Notes under the pieces: generated by a model
Databases searched by the model: none
Seen by the model: only the letters and a program-made list of their open reading frames with translations
Told to the model about the DNA's origin: nothing
Made by a program: the position numbers and the translations under genes
Shown: piece by piece, positions 12,062 through 25,160 of the stretch
Layout: each line of letters opens with the position of its first letter
Numbering within the stretch: the stretch's first letter is position 1
DNA from: Heptranchias perlo
Taxonomy: Eukaryota
Direction of reading: 5' to 3'
NCBI RefSeq assembly: GCF_035084215.1
Contig: NC_090346.1
Coordinates: 10,106,001-10,170,000, forward strand
DNA: 64,000 nucleotides

Positions 12062-12300
12062 CAGCAACTCGGTCAAAGTTCCCTCAGCGGGGAGCAACTC
12101 GGTCAAAGTTCCCTCAGTGGGCAGCAACTCGGTCAAAGTTCCCTCAGCAGGGAGCAACTCGGTCAAAGTTCCCTCAGTGGGCAGTAACTCGGTCAAAGTT
12201 CCCTCAATTGGGCAGTAACTCAGTCAAAGTTCCCTCAACGGGCAGTAACTCAGTCAAAGTTCCCTCAGCAGGCAGCAACTTAGTTAAAGTTCCCCTCAGC
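12062..12300. repeat. 30-bp tandem repeat, about 8 copies
   Basis: Unit gcagcaactcggtcaaagttccctcagtgg. Confidence 0.95.
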
Positions 12301-12959
12301 AGGCTCGGTCGGTACAACAGGCTCGATCAAGGTCTTCCTCCACACTAATGGCAGCTACCATGCTTGGCTAAGAGTTAACGAATGCGTATGCGCAGCCCAG
12401 TGTCGATTGTGCATGCGCAGCCCAGTGTCCTAAATTCTTTGAATGAGACTCCATTTTATAATAAATGTATATGAAGTGCTGCATGTGCTGATACATGGCA
12501 GCATTAGGGCACCTGACAGCCTGTATGTTTTGGCAACGTGAAAAGATGAACCTCTCTGAATTGTGAAGACAGGAATCTGGTTAAATACAATAATCAGTGC
12601 AAAAACCTGGAGTATGTTTTCAAGATTGAATATTGCCTTGCAGCTTACTGACTCAGTCATAAAAAGTCTTGCTCTCTGTAGCTGTTCTGTGAAAAACAGA
12701 CATAGGAAAAGAAAGAAAAATATGAACTTGTGATTATACAGTGCCTTTCATGACCTCAGGATGTCCCAAAGTGCTTTACAGCCAATGAGGTGCTTTTTGT
12801 TTTGAAGTGTAGTCACTCTTATCTTTTGGGAAACGCAGCAACCAATTTTTCTACCTTTAAAACCCTTCTTAAAACATCTCTCCATTTGAGCTTTCGATCC
12901 CCCCTCTCCTATTGTCACTGCTATTGACCTGTGAGGGGCCCTGCAACATTCCTCTATGT

Positions 12960-13385
12960 TAACAACAACTTACATTTATAAAGCGCCTTTCATGTAGTAA
13001 AACGTCCCAAGGCGCTTCACAGGAGCGATCATCCATCAAAATTTGACACCGAGCCACATGAGATATTAGGACAGGTGACCAAAAGCTTGGTCAAAGAGGT
13101 AGGTTTTAAGGTGTGTCTTAAATGAGGACAGTGAGGTAGAGAGGAGGAGAGGTTTAGGGAGGGCATTCCAGAGCTTGAGGTCTAGGCAGCTGAAGACACG
13201 GCTGCCAACGGTGGAGCGATGAAAATCGGGGATGCGTAAGAGGTCAGAATTGGAGGAGCGCAGAGATCTTGGAGGGTTGTAGGGCTGGAGGAGGTTACAG
13301 AGATAGGGAGGGGCGAGGCCATGAGAAGGATTTGAAAACAAGGGTGAGAATTTTAAAATCGAGATGTTGTCGGACTGGCAGTCCA
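12960..13385 (-). mobile_element. L2 LINE 3' end
   Basis: ORF 13066-13452 contains HGLAPPYLCNLLQPYNPPRSLRSSN...LWNALP...FKTHLKTYLFDQAF; (gtt)n tail. Confidence 0.88.
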
Positions 13386-14164
13386 TGTAACCACTATATG
13401 AATGAAAGTTCTCTTGAATATGGGTTACTTTTGATTCCTGTGAGTTAGGCAAAGCAATGGACTATATCTGTACTGGTGGGTGTTTGAATGGGCTACAGCG
13501 GATGCTCAGCTGAGCAACTCCATGTATTTTGCCTGCAGAACTGTTGCTAAGCCATTTGTTAATGTACTGTTGGTGCCCTGAATGAACAGCAAGCTGTTCT
13601 GCAGTGAGTGTGCACTGATATTCATTTTCCTGACTGGTGTGGTTGAGCCATTGGGAAATCCAAGTAGGTGTTGGATTCACTTGGCCCCCCTATTGACCAA
13701 ACCCTTCAGCCTTTTGTACGTCAAACGTTGCAGCATGACGTAAGATGGAGCACTACTTGCTGCCCATTTGGTCACTCTTACTGCCAGCTCCAATGAAAGG
13801 AGGGGCAATTTATGAGCTCGTGCTGCCAGTGCGGAGTCTCGCCTGCTGGGGGTGTGCGGGGTGAATTTCTGCAGGCGTTCTCCCGTTTATTGGCTGTAAC
13901 TCTGAACATTTACACAGTTTATCCAGGGTTCCAGGGACAAGCGGAAGAACCCCTGCGGAGATTCCCCCCACCCCCACTATTGGATGTTTGGATGCACGCA
14001 GCCCATGATTCTCCATCCATTCATTTCAAAGGTTGGAAATAATGGGGAATAGAAAGAAAGAAAGAACTTGCATTTATATAGCGCCTTTCACGACCTAAGG
14101 ACGTCCCAAAGCGCTTCACAACCAACAAAGTACTTTTGTAATGTGGGGAAGCGTAGGTGCTGTT

Positions 14165-16275
14165 TTTCTGACGAGATATTAAACCGTCTGCCTTCTCAGG
14201 TGCACGCAAAAAATCCCACGGATCTATTTTGAAGAAGAGCAGGGGAGTGCTCCCCAGTGTCCTGGCCTATATTTATCCCTCAACCAACATCACTAAAAAA
14301 CAGATTATCTGGTCTTTTTTTTAATTCGTTCATGGGATGTGGGCGTCGCTGGCAAGACCAGCATTTATTGCCATCCCGAATTGCCCTTGAGAAGGTGGTG
14401 GTGAGCCGCCTTCTTGAACCGCTGCAGTCCGTGTGGTGAAGATTCTCCCACAGTGCTGTTAGGAAGGGAGTTCCAGGATTTTGACCCAGCAACGATAAAG
14501 GAACGGCGATATATTTCGAAGTCGGGATGGTGTGTGACTTGGAGGGGAACGTGCAGATGGTGTTGTTCCCATGTGCCTGCTGCTCTTGTCCTTCTAGGTG
14601 GTAGAGATCATGGGTTTGGGAGGTGCTGTTGAAGAAGCCTTGGCGAGTTGCTGCAGTGCATCCTGTGGATGGTACACACTGCAGCCACTGGGCGCCGGTG
14701 GTGAAGGGAGTGAATGTTTAGGGTGGTGGATGGAGTGCCAATCAAGCGGGCTGCTTTGTCCTGGATGGTGTCGAGCTTCTTGAGTGTTGTTGGAGCTGCA
14801 CTCATCCAGGCAAGTGGAGAGTATTCCATCACACTCCTGACTTGTGCCTTGTAGATGGTGGAAAGGCTTTGGGGAGTCAGGAGGTGAGTCACTCGCCGCA
14901 GAATACCCAGCCTCTGACCTGCTCTTGTAGCCACAGTATTTATGTGGCTGATCCAGTTTCTGGTCAATGGTGACCCCCAGGATGTTGATGGTGAGGGATT
15001 CGGCAATGGTAATGCTGTTGAATGTCAAGGGGAGGTGGTTAGACTCTCTCTTGTTGGAGATGGTCATTGCCTGGCACTTAAGTGGCAAGTAACATTTGTG
15101 CCACACATCAGCCCAAGCCTTGATGTTGTCCAGGTCTTGCTGCATGCGGGCACGGACTGCTTTATTATCTGAGGGATTGTGAATGGAACTGAACACTGTG
15201 CAATCATCAGCGAACATCCTCATTTCTGACCTTATGATGGAGGGAAGGTCATTGATGAAGCAGCTGAAGATGATTGGGCCTAGGACACTGCCCTGAGGAA
15301 CTCCTGCAGCAATGCCCTGGGGCTGAGATGATTGGTCTCCATCAACCACTATCATCTTCCTTTGTGCTAGGTGTGACTCCAGCCACTGGAGAGTTTTCCC
15401 CCTGATTCCCATTGACTTCAATTTTACTAAGGCTCCTTGGTGCCACAATCGGTCAAATGCTGCCTTGATGTCAAGGGCAGTCACTCTCACTTCACCTCTG
15501 GAATTCAGCTCTTTTGTCCATGTTTGGACCAAGGCTGTAATGAGGTCTGGAGTCGAGTGGTCCTGGCGGAACCCAAACTGAGCATCGGTGAGCAGGTTAT
15601 TGGTGAGTAAGTGCCGCTTGATAGCATTGTCGGCGACACCATCCATCACTTTGCTGATGATTGAGAGTAGACTGATGGGGCGGTAATTGGCCGGATTGGA
15701 TTTATCCTGCTTTTTGTGGACAGGACATACCTGGGCAATTTTCCACATTGTCGGGTAGATGCCAGTGTTGTAGCTATACTGGAACAGCTTGGCTAGAGGC
15801 GCAGCTAGTTCTGGAGCACAAGTCTTCAGCACTACAGCCGGGATGTTGTCGGGGCCCATAGCCTTTGCTGTATCCAGTGCACTCAGCCGTTTCTTGATAT
15901 CACTTGGAGTGAATCGAATTGGCTGAAGACTGGCTTCCGTGATGGTGGGGATATCGGGAGGAGGCCGAGGTGGATCATCCACTCGGCACTTCTGGCTGAA
16001 GATGGTTGCAAACGCTTCAACCTTGTCTTTTATACTCCTGTGCTGGACTCCGCCATCATTGAGGATCAGGATGTTCACGGAGCCTCCTTGTTTAATTGTC
16101 CACCACTATTATCTCGTTGTTGTTTGTAGGACCTTGCTGCGCGCAAATTGGCTGTCGCGTTTCCTACATTACAACAGTGACTACACTTCAAAAGTACTTA
16201 ATCCGCTGTAAAGTGTTTTGGGACGTCCTGAGGTTGTGAAAGGCACTGTGTATAAATGCAAGTCTTTCTTTTTTA
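14165..16275 (+). mobile_element. SacSINE1-like Deu-SINE split by a LINE insertion (14165-14313 and 16108-16275)
   Basis: Deu core (gaagagcaggggag...gtcctggcc...atttatccctcaaccaacatc) stops at cagattatctggtc and resumes at attatctcgttgttgtttgtaggacc. Confidence 0.8.
14314..16107 (-). mobile_element. 5'-truncated CR1-group (non-canonical CR1/Crack-like) LINE, RT region
   Basis: ORF 14594-16078: GPDNIP, NYRPISLLS, QFGFR, DIKAAFD, GVPQGSVLGP, FADD; frameshift to ORF 14608-15006; A-rich tail. Confidence 0.92.
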
Positions 16276-17884
16276 TGAAGCAAGAATGATAAGAGTTTGC
16301 AGCCTTGATATTGTAACTGCGTTGGGGGGAGGGGGCATTAATCTGCTTCGTCTCCCAGTGTACAAAGAATAGTCTGAGGAGGAAAAGAAGTTCTGGTCGC
16401 AGTATAATACCGGGGTGAATTCTGCACCTCACTGGTCAGTGGTCGCACCTTTTTATGGAGTGCGGTGGTTCATAAAAACACCTGCGATTAAAAAAAAAAC
16501 GCAGACTCGGAATTCAAGCTGATGTTGGCGGACACTTCTGCTAACTTACTGAAGGTGACGTTTCTTAATGGAGGCTTCTGACCATCGAACAGAAGATGTG
16601 TTTTACGTGTGAAAGTGTTCACCAGTGGAGAATTCAGACAACTGAATGATGATGACACTCAACGTTAGAGCAGCAATGACGCGCCAGTGAATACAGAGAG
16701 TGTTCAACAAGCGACAAGAGAAAAGGGGTGAGTCATAGTTTAAAGAAAACACTTGAAAAGTATGAAACACGAAAAGGTTAGAATCCAACAATAGACTGAC
16801 AGGAGTACGACATCATGTCTCCTAGCAACCCCCATCCTGTTATTCACTCGAGTGAATTACAGTCAAATCTGTAGCTTTCTCTGGTAATTTTATTCCTTTA
16901 AATTTGAGGTCTCAGAAATTAAATACAGGGAGGCATGTAATGCATTTCTCTTGCATTTAATACTTTAAACATTGCGGATCGCAAGGCTTTAGTCCCTATT
17001 TACCTTTATCCTATGAGTCATTTTTTTCTGTTTCCACAATAATTTTTAATGCTCTTTTTGGTTTACTTAGCACCATTAGCCGAGGAGATTAACCTGCTCC
17101 CGGACTTCTGACAATGCTGCTGATTTTTATTTATGTCCTTTCTACCTTCAGCCCCAAGTCCCAGCTTCTGCCCTTCGTTCCTCTGGCTTACTATCCCTTG
17201 TTGGTGGAAGATCCTTCAGCTACATTGTTCCTACTCCACGGAACTCCCTCCTCTTCGTGCCGATTGTCCCTGCATTTAAAACCTGTCTTTTCCAATGTGT
17301 CTTTGGTCTTCTCCTAACTGTTCCACTCGGTCTGCACTCTCCCGTGCGAAGCACATAACAGATATTTTATTACAATGAAGGCCATATATTAACTGAAGCT
17401 GCTGTTGTTGTTGCTCCATGACCAGTTTCTGAGAGGTGTGAAAGAATGGCCAGGGTAACTTGCCTTCTGATTTTCCCTTGTATTCTACAGGGAGGGGTTT
17501 CCTTGTGATGATTAGACCAAGACCGTGCATGGACTCCCAGGTGCATGGGATACATGTAGAGTAAAACTCCCCCTGATATACCTCGGGTGCGCACCATGAT
17601 ACAGCACAGAGTAAGACTTTGATTTCCCGTGCTAGCCATCTTCATGGGCTTTCCCCATCAAGCTGCCCAATTATTACTGAAATCATGAGTGATGATGTGC
17701 TGATGACTTGTGTCTATTAGAAACTGGATTGAATTTCACTTAGGACCCTTAAGACCCAACTGGCAGGTAACTGGTCACCCCTCGAATCTGGGATGGACTC
17801 GAAGGCAGGTATTCAGGTGTCAAGGAACATTGTTACAATGGAATGTAGCCCTGGAGAAATGAATGTTAAACTATCCCTCTTTTT

Positions 17885-18350
17885 CACATTTCACACAAAG
17901 GGTAGCGGAAATCTAGAATTCACTTATCCCAAAGGTCTGTGGATGCTGGAACAATTGAAATTTTCAAGACTGAGATCGATAGATTTTGGTTAGGTAAGGG
18001 TAGTGAGGGACATGGAGCAAAGGCGGGTAAATGGAGTTGATGTGCAGATCAGGCATGATCTGATTGAATGGTGGACCAAGCTCGAGGGACTTCTGCAAAC
18101 TTGGTTGTACAACTCTCTATTCCATTTTCTAAGTCATTAATAGATAAAAGATGAGGCCCCAGTTCAGATCCCTGGGGAACACCACCAGTCAGATCCTGCC
18201 AATCAGAGAATGTTCCCTTCATCGCTACTCTCTGTCTCCTGTCTCCCAACCAATTACCAACCCATCTCACAAGATTACCTCTGATTCCCTACGCTTTCAT
18301 TTCCTGCTAGTAATCTCTTGTGCCAAAACTTATCAAATTCCTTCTGGACG
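17885..18350. mobile_element. CR1 fragments (+ strand 3' end 17885-18085; - strand RT piece 18090-18350)
   Basis: ORF 18049-18270 reads WLGDRRQRV..GVPQGSELGP..INDL..KFA; adjacent CR1 3' UTR motif. Confidence 0.75.
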
Positions 18351-18479
18351 TAGACATTCCCCGACTCTTAGTCTGGCTGCATTCAGATCACATGCAGCTT
18401 GTGCCGTAGACCTCCCACAGCGGCTGCATATCTCTCGCAGAAAAGAAAGGATCAGGATGCTCTCATATGGAGAGGGATA

Positions 18480-18978
18480 GGGGTCGATTTTGACTTTTCG
18501 GTAACTGATCAGTGGAGAGTGCCGGCCGATCTTCCATACCCGCGGCAAAGAGACGACCATGATTTTGAGGCACCGGCCTCAGTAACATCGGCTAGCAAAC
18601 TGCGGGACACCGAATGCACATCGCGAAACAGCTTGCTGGATTGAGACCTCCAGACATTGGGCCTTCTTGGCCACCAGCTAGGTAAGTGTGGGTTGGGGGT
18701 GTCGTGATCGCAGAGTGTGGGGGTCCTGGGGCTGGCCCCACAAAAATAATTCCAAACTGACCTTGGCCGGGCCACTTTGGCTCCATTGCCCATGGTTGGA
18801 GTTTGCATGGCACAGACCTAAAATGGCAGTTCAGGGTTCTGGGACCCTGATTTGTATACTTAAAGGGGCCTACAGGCGGGCACTTCATGCCCCTTGCAAA
18901 ATGTCACCGGCCTCTTCATTGATGTTAAAGGGGCTACTGACCCATTTAGAACAGGTGATAGAAGTAAAAATTGACCCC
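18480..18978. mobile_element. Harbinger-type MITE, about 500 bp
   Basis: Imperfect TIRs ggggtcgattttgactt / aagtaaaaattgacccc, matching the terminus of the element ending at 32108; non-coding interior. Confidence 0.7.
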
Positions 18979-19267
18979 AAAGGGAGAGACAGAGAACAGA
19001 AGAACATTGGTTAATAATGCACCAATATGTCCAAAGATTGCAGATAAACCTTCATTTAGAATTTCATATCCTTCATATACTGTTTCGTGTCAAGATATTT
19101 TCTGACAGAACCAAGTCTACCTTTGCAAGATTTTGCAGTGTAGTGGTTATTTTACTGGACTAGTAATCCAGAGGCCTGGACCAACAATCCAGGAATGTGT
19201 GTTCTAATCCCACCAAGGCAGTTTGAGAATTTTTAGTTGGAAATTTACCTACACTTCATGGAACTAG

Positions 19268-19878
19268 ATGGACTTCAGTTACGTGGAGAGACCAGAAAAG
19301 CTGGGATTGTTCTCCTTAGAGCAGAGAAGGTTAAGGGGAGATTTAATAAAGGTGTTCAAAATCATGAAGAGTTTTGATAGAGTAAATAAGGAGAAACTTT
19401 TTCCATTGGCAGAAGGATCGGTAACCAGAAAACATAGATTTAAGGTAATTGGCAAAAGAACCAGAGGTGAGATAAGGAGAATTTTTTTTATGCAGCGAGT
19501 TATTATGATCTGGAACGCACTGCCTGAAAGGGTGGTGGAAGCATATTCAATAGTAACTTTCAAAAGGGAATTGGATAAATACTTCAAGGGGGAAAAGTTT
19601 GCAGGGCTACAGGGAAAGGGCAGAGAAATGGAATTAATTGGATAGCTCTTTCAAAGGGCCAGCACAGGCACGATGGGCCTAAAGGCCTCCTTCTATGATG
19701 TATCATTCTATGCTAAATTTAAATCTGAGATAGATAGCTTTTTGGCAATCAAAGATATTAAGGGATATGGGCCAAAGGTGGGTATATGGAGTTAGATCAC
19801 AGATCAGCCATGATCTTATCAAATGGCAGAGCAGGCACGAGGGGCTGAATGGCCTACTCCTGTTCCTATGTTCCTATG
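19268..19878 (+). mobile_element. Two tandem CR1 3' end fragments
   Basis: LGLFSLEQRRLRGDLIKVFKIMK...FFMQRVIMIWNALP; CR1 3' UTRs with ttctatg and gttcctat tails. Confidence 0.88.
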
Positions 19879-19879
19879 A

Positions 19880-20845
19880 ACACAACATCAGATTCCACAT
19901 GTACACTGATGACATCCAGCTCTACCTCACCATCATCTCTCTCAACCCCTCCATTGTCTCTCATTTGTCACACTGCTTGTCCGACTGGATGAGCAAAAAT
20001 TTCCTCCAACTAAATATTGGGAAGACCAAAGCCACTGTCTTTGGTCCCCACAACAAACTTCGTTCCCTAGCCACTGATTCCATCCCTCTCCCTGGCCATG
20101 GTCTGAGGCTGAACCAAACCGTTCGCAACCCTGGCGTCCTATTTGACCCTGAGATGAGCTTCCAATCACATATCTGCTCCATTATCAAGTTCGCCTACTT
20201 CCACCTCCTTAACATTGCCCATCTCTGCCCCTGCCTCAGTTCATCTGCTCATGCCTTTGTTACCACTAGACTTGACTATTCCAATGCTCTCCTTGCTGGC
20301 CTCCCATGTTTCACCCTCCATAAATTTGTGATTATCCAAAACTTTGCTGCCCATATCCTAGCTTGCACCAAATCCCATTCACCCATCACCCCTGTGCTTG
20401 CTGACCTACATTGGCTCCCTGTCCGGGAACACCTCAATTTTAAAATTCTCATCTTTGTTTTCAAATCCCTCCATGGCCTCGTCCCTCCCTATCCCTGTAA
20501 CCTCCTCCAGCCTACAACCCTCCAAGATCTCTGCTCTCCTCCAATTCTTGCTTCTTGTGCATCCCCGATTTTAATCGCTCCACCAATGGCGGCCATTTCT
20601 TCAGCTGCCTAGGCACTATGCTCTGGAATTCCCTCCCTAAATCTCTCAGCCTCTCTGCCTCTCTCTCCTCCTTTAAGACGCTCCTTAAAACCTACCTCTT
20701 TAACCAAGCTTTTGGTCAGCTGACCTAATATGTCCTTATGTGGCTGGGTGTCAAATTTTGTTTGATAACGCTCCTGTGAAGTGCCTTGGGACGTGTTACT
20801 ACGTTAAAGGCGATATAAAAATGCAAGTTGTTGTTAGTGTTGTTG
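19880..20845 (+). mobile_element. L2 LINE 3' portion
   Basis: FHMYTDDIQLY, FLQLNIGKTK, RLDYSNALLAGLP, LADLHWLPV; tail aaatgcaagttgttg. Confidence 0.9.
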
Positions 20846-21702
20846 AGTCTATATTTAATCACATGCATTGAGTCTCACTGATCTGTGATTTCTGACCCTG
20901 TTAAATGCTGTTACAGAATTGATCTTTTCTTTTGCCGTTTATCTTCAAGGGGATGATTTCTCAAGTCTGTATAGTAGTGTTATTATAGTCTGTGCGGTAG
21001 CCAAATTTATATGTATCAATCATAACATACTGACATAAATCAAAATGTACCATTGCTTGTTAAGCCTGCAGTGACTACGTTACAGTCTCTGATTGCTGAT
21101 CGGTGAAGTTTGAGAAAAATAAAACTCTCTGGAAACTCAAAATACAATAAAGCCGTTACCTAAGTTCCACAGGATATATGTTATTTTAAAATAGTAATCT
21201 CTTGTGGGAGTGATCACAGAGAGTAAATGCAATTTGGGTTTGAGCTTCATTCCTGTGGCAAAGCCATCTGAACCCTCAGTGAGATTACTGGTTCCTAATC
21301 ATGCCAAGAATTTGCTCTCATTACCAGAAAAATAAAGGATAGAAACAAAAGTCTGGAATTTCCGCAATGGTGGGGGGAGTAGGGGACGAGGGGGAGGGGG
21401 CTCCTGAATTCTTGCTGTGACTTCAGCAGAATTCACCACCTCCCCCGTCGGAGAAATGTGTCAAAGGCTTACGATGTCTCTCCAGGGTTCGGCCAATCTT
21501 TTTTGATGAGATTTCTACTTAAGTGTTGTTCCTACCAACCAGTTACAGGGTCGTAACCTAGGCGAGCAAAATCTTATAAATTAAGATGAGGAGGTAATGT
21601 GTATTATTTATTAAATATAAGTTGGAATTTCAACATTTTCTGTTTATGAGTGGAGATGAAAAATGAACAATTTATCGCTTCACTTTTAGGCCCAAGTGGG
21701 AT

Positions 21703-22281
21703 CATACAACATCCCATAATACCAAGGGTGATCTGGATCCTGGGTCGTACAACATCCCATAATACTGAGGGTGATCTAGACCCAGGACCATACCACATCC
21801 CATAATACTGAGGGTGATCCAAACCCAGGACCACACCACATCCCATAATACTGAGGGTGATCTAGACCCAGGACCATACCACATCCCATAATACTGAGGG
21901 TGATCTAGACCCAGGACCATACCACATCCTGTTATACTGAGGACGATCCAAACCCAGGACCACACCACATCCCATAATACTGAGGGTGATCTAGACCCAG
22001 GACCGTACCACATCCCATAATACTGAGGGTAATCTAGACCCAGGACCATACCAGATCCCATAATACTGAGGGTGATCTAGACCCAGGACCATACCACATC
22101 CCATAATACTGAGGGTGATCCAGATCCAGGACCATACCACATCCCATAATACTGAGTACTGAGGGTGATCTAGACCCAGGACCATACCACATCCCATAAT
22201 ACTGAGGGTGATCTAGACCCAGGACCATACCACATCCCATAATACTGAGGGTGATCCAGATCCAGGACCGTACCACATCCA
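21703..22281. repeat. 43-bp minisatellite, about 13 copies
   Basis: Unit accacatcccataatactgagggtgatctagacccaggaccat. Confidence 0.95.
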
Positions 22282-22453
22282 CTGACACTGAAGGTATGGC
22301 CCTATTGGATAACTGGACCACTGTGCCCTACTCCACTCCTTCTAGACATATTTCTCCCCAGAAGCTGGTCGTTTCTCACCATTCACTCTGCTGTTAATTA
22401 TTTTCTACACTGGTGATAGAACTTCATGGTAATCAGCTAAAGATTATATTGGA

Positions 22454-22800
22454 GGACACTGTGGTGAAGTGAATTGGCACCTTATCCATTCACCTCTGGG
22501 ACCAGGCTCTCAATCCAGTACAGGTGATAAGAAAAAAAAGTCTCTTTTCTCCACTAGCTGTATTGGTCCTTAGCAAAATGGGTTTAAGACAGCTTCAGTC
22601 GAATCCTAAATAGGTAAGGCGGCAAAGAACGAAAATGGCCAAAGTTAGGCACCAATTGGCACTCATGTACAGAGGGCATGGTGATGCCAGTGTGTGCAAT
22701 GGAAGAAATCAGACTGGTGCATTAGGGGTTCCTCTTGTCTTTGAATATAAACCTCACACTGGTACTGGTGAGGTTTGAGGTTGGCGCAGGGTAGAAGTAG
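22454..22800 (+). mobile_element. Ancient LF-SINE-like element
   Basis: Ordered blocks gtgaattgg, ttcacctctggg, aatccagtacaggt, aaatgggtt, tcagtcgaatccta, ggcaccaattggcac follow the LF-SINE consensus as I recall it. Confidence 0.6.
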
Positions 22801-24662
22801 TTTTCACAGAGTTTTACAGCACAGAAGGAGGCCATTCGGCCCATGGTGCTTGTGCCGGCTCTTTGAAAGAGCTATCCAATTAGTCCCACTCCCTGCTCTG
22901 TCCCAGTAGCCCTGCAGATTTTTCCTTTTCAAGCAGATATCCAATTCCCTTTTGAAAGCTTTACACTCCGTATAATCATTAGTACAGCAGGCCCAGGAGT
23001 GCTGGTTGCTGTCACTTGGAGGCAATTCCATCAGCGTCATGGAGTAAAATGATCAGGATGGTGGCGGCCAGAGGGCCCATGCAAGTGTCCCGACTCCATT
23101 TTCAGGCTGCTATCGCCCTGTTTACGCTGGGCAGCCGCAGTTATAATCGACCCCAGGGAATCAGAACTAAGTGTAGTCTTGAGGTGACGGAGGGGTTAGA
23201 GGGCAGAGAACAATTGAATCCTGTCCTATTTCCAGTGTATAACCTCAATGGTAAAAGGATTTATTGTTCTCCTGGAGACCAAAAGGTTAAGGTTCACATC
23301 ACAGGAAGCATGTGCTTTACCTCCAGAAGCCGATTATCGTGTCAAACATGGGTGAACGATCTCTGGGTGGAGCCCAAATCGGAACAGTAACCACTTAAAT
23401 TAAATCTTGTGTTTTCACATTTTTACAGAAGGAGAAAGAGCAGATGATTGTTGCAGATTTTTATATCACAAAATAATATTATACAACATTTTTACAACTA
23501 CAGGGACGGAATAAGTTGCAAACAGAATATTCTTATCTCACCTGTCAAGGTTAGTAAAAGCCCACTACCATTCACACTCCTTGGTGATTTACAATTCCCA
23601 GCTCTCTTGTTCCTCGTAATTAACAGAATAATTTTACAATTTAGAGATATGCAAGATCTCATGGAAATTTGACAGCACTGACTGTTTCTAACAAGCATTT
23701 TCTCAGCTATATTGCTCTAATCCAGAACCATAATTCATGAGAAGACAATTAAAAGCACTCCAGAAATTAAAAATCACTGTCATTATTTCTTAATGGTGTA
23801 CTATTACCTTGTTAATTGCTGTCATGGGCTGTTCTGGAGGTAAACAATATCTAAGTTCTCTGGCCAGCCGGCCAGCCAGCCTTAGCATAACACTTTGGAG
23901 CATTTGGAAAGCAATTTTTAATTTCTAACCGTTCAGTAGAGACTCCATGAGAACATTGGGAGAAATATACTGTGACTTCTTTACTAAACCTGATGTATCT
24001 GGGTGGCCTGTTGCGGTATTTCCAGCGTTTACAAAGCCTTTCACATTTCTTAACGTTTCTTTGTTTTGCACTGAATTAATTTTTAAAGAGGGATTGTTGT
24101 GTTGTGGTAGGAAATAGGAATTTTACGTCCATCCAATTCATTCCACTCCCCTCCATTCCCTGGTTACTATTTTGATTGGCCTAGTCACAAGGGCCCTTTG
24201 CGTGGCCCATTTTGGAGGAATGAACATGCTAGATCGATGTAGAGAAAGATAGATTCCCTTCCCCCTAGTGGTGTCTATCCCATAATATTGATATCAATGT
24301 GATTGATCTCTTAGGAGAGACACAATGGAATTTTTTCTTTATTAACTTTCCACTTGGAACAAATATTAGCCGCTCCCCCAGCTTTAATCATAGAATTTTA
24401 TAATGCATAAGGAGGCCATTCTGCCCATCGTGCCTGTTCCAGCTCTTTGTCAGAGCTATTCACATAGTCCTATTCCCCTGCCATTTATCCATATCCTCCT
24501 AAGCTTTTACTTTTCAAATATCTGAATAAGAAAGGCAGGCGGAAATTAGCAACAAGAAGCACAAGGGAAAAATTAGGAAAAAGTATAAATAGATAAACAA
24601 GCATGACGAACACTAAATCATAGTGAGGTTAACTGATTTCACGTAAGTTGAGGTTGTAACTT

Positions 24663-25160
24663 GCACATGTAAACCTTGTCCACTCATACGTGTACACCTT
24701 GTCCATTTGTACGTGTAAAACTTGTCCATTTGTACATGTAAACATTGTCCACTTGTACATTTAAACCATGTCCATTTGTACATGTAAACCTTGTCCACTT
24801 GTACATTTAAACCATGTCCATTTGTACATGTAAACCTTGTCCACTTGTACACGTAACCTTGTCCACTTGTACATGTAAACCTTGTCCACTTGTACACGTA
24901 ACCTTGTCCACTTGTACATGTAAACCTTGTCCACTTGTATGTGTAAACTGTGTCCATTTGTACATGTAAATCTTGTCCACTTGTACATGTAAATCTTGTC
25001 CATTTGTACATGTAAATCTTGTCCACTTGTACGTGTAAACCTTGTCCATTTGTACATGTAAACCATGTCCATTTGTACATGTAAACTTTGTCCGCCTGTA
25101 CATGTAAACCTTGTCCACTTGTACGTGTAAACTGTGTCCACTTGTACATGTAATCCTTGT
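24663..25160. repeat. 24-bp minisatellite, about 20 copies
   Basis: Unit tgtacatgtaaaccttgtccactt. Confidence 0.95.

Noticed and set aside
21703-22281. CRISPR-like regular repeats (also 11464-11650 and 12062-12300)
   Set aside because: Units are head-to-tail with no unique spacers, there are no cas genes, and the DNA is eukaryotic
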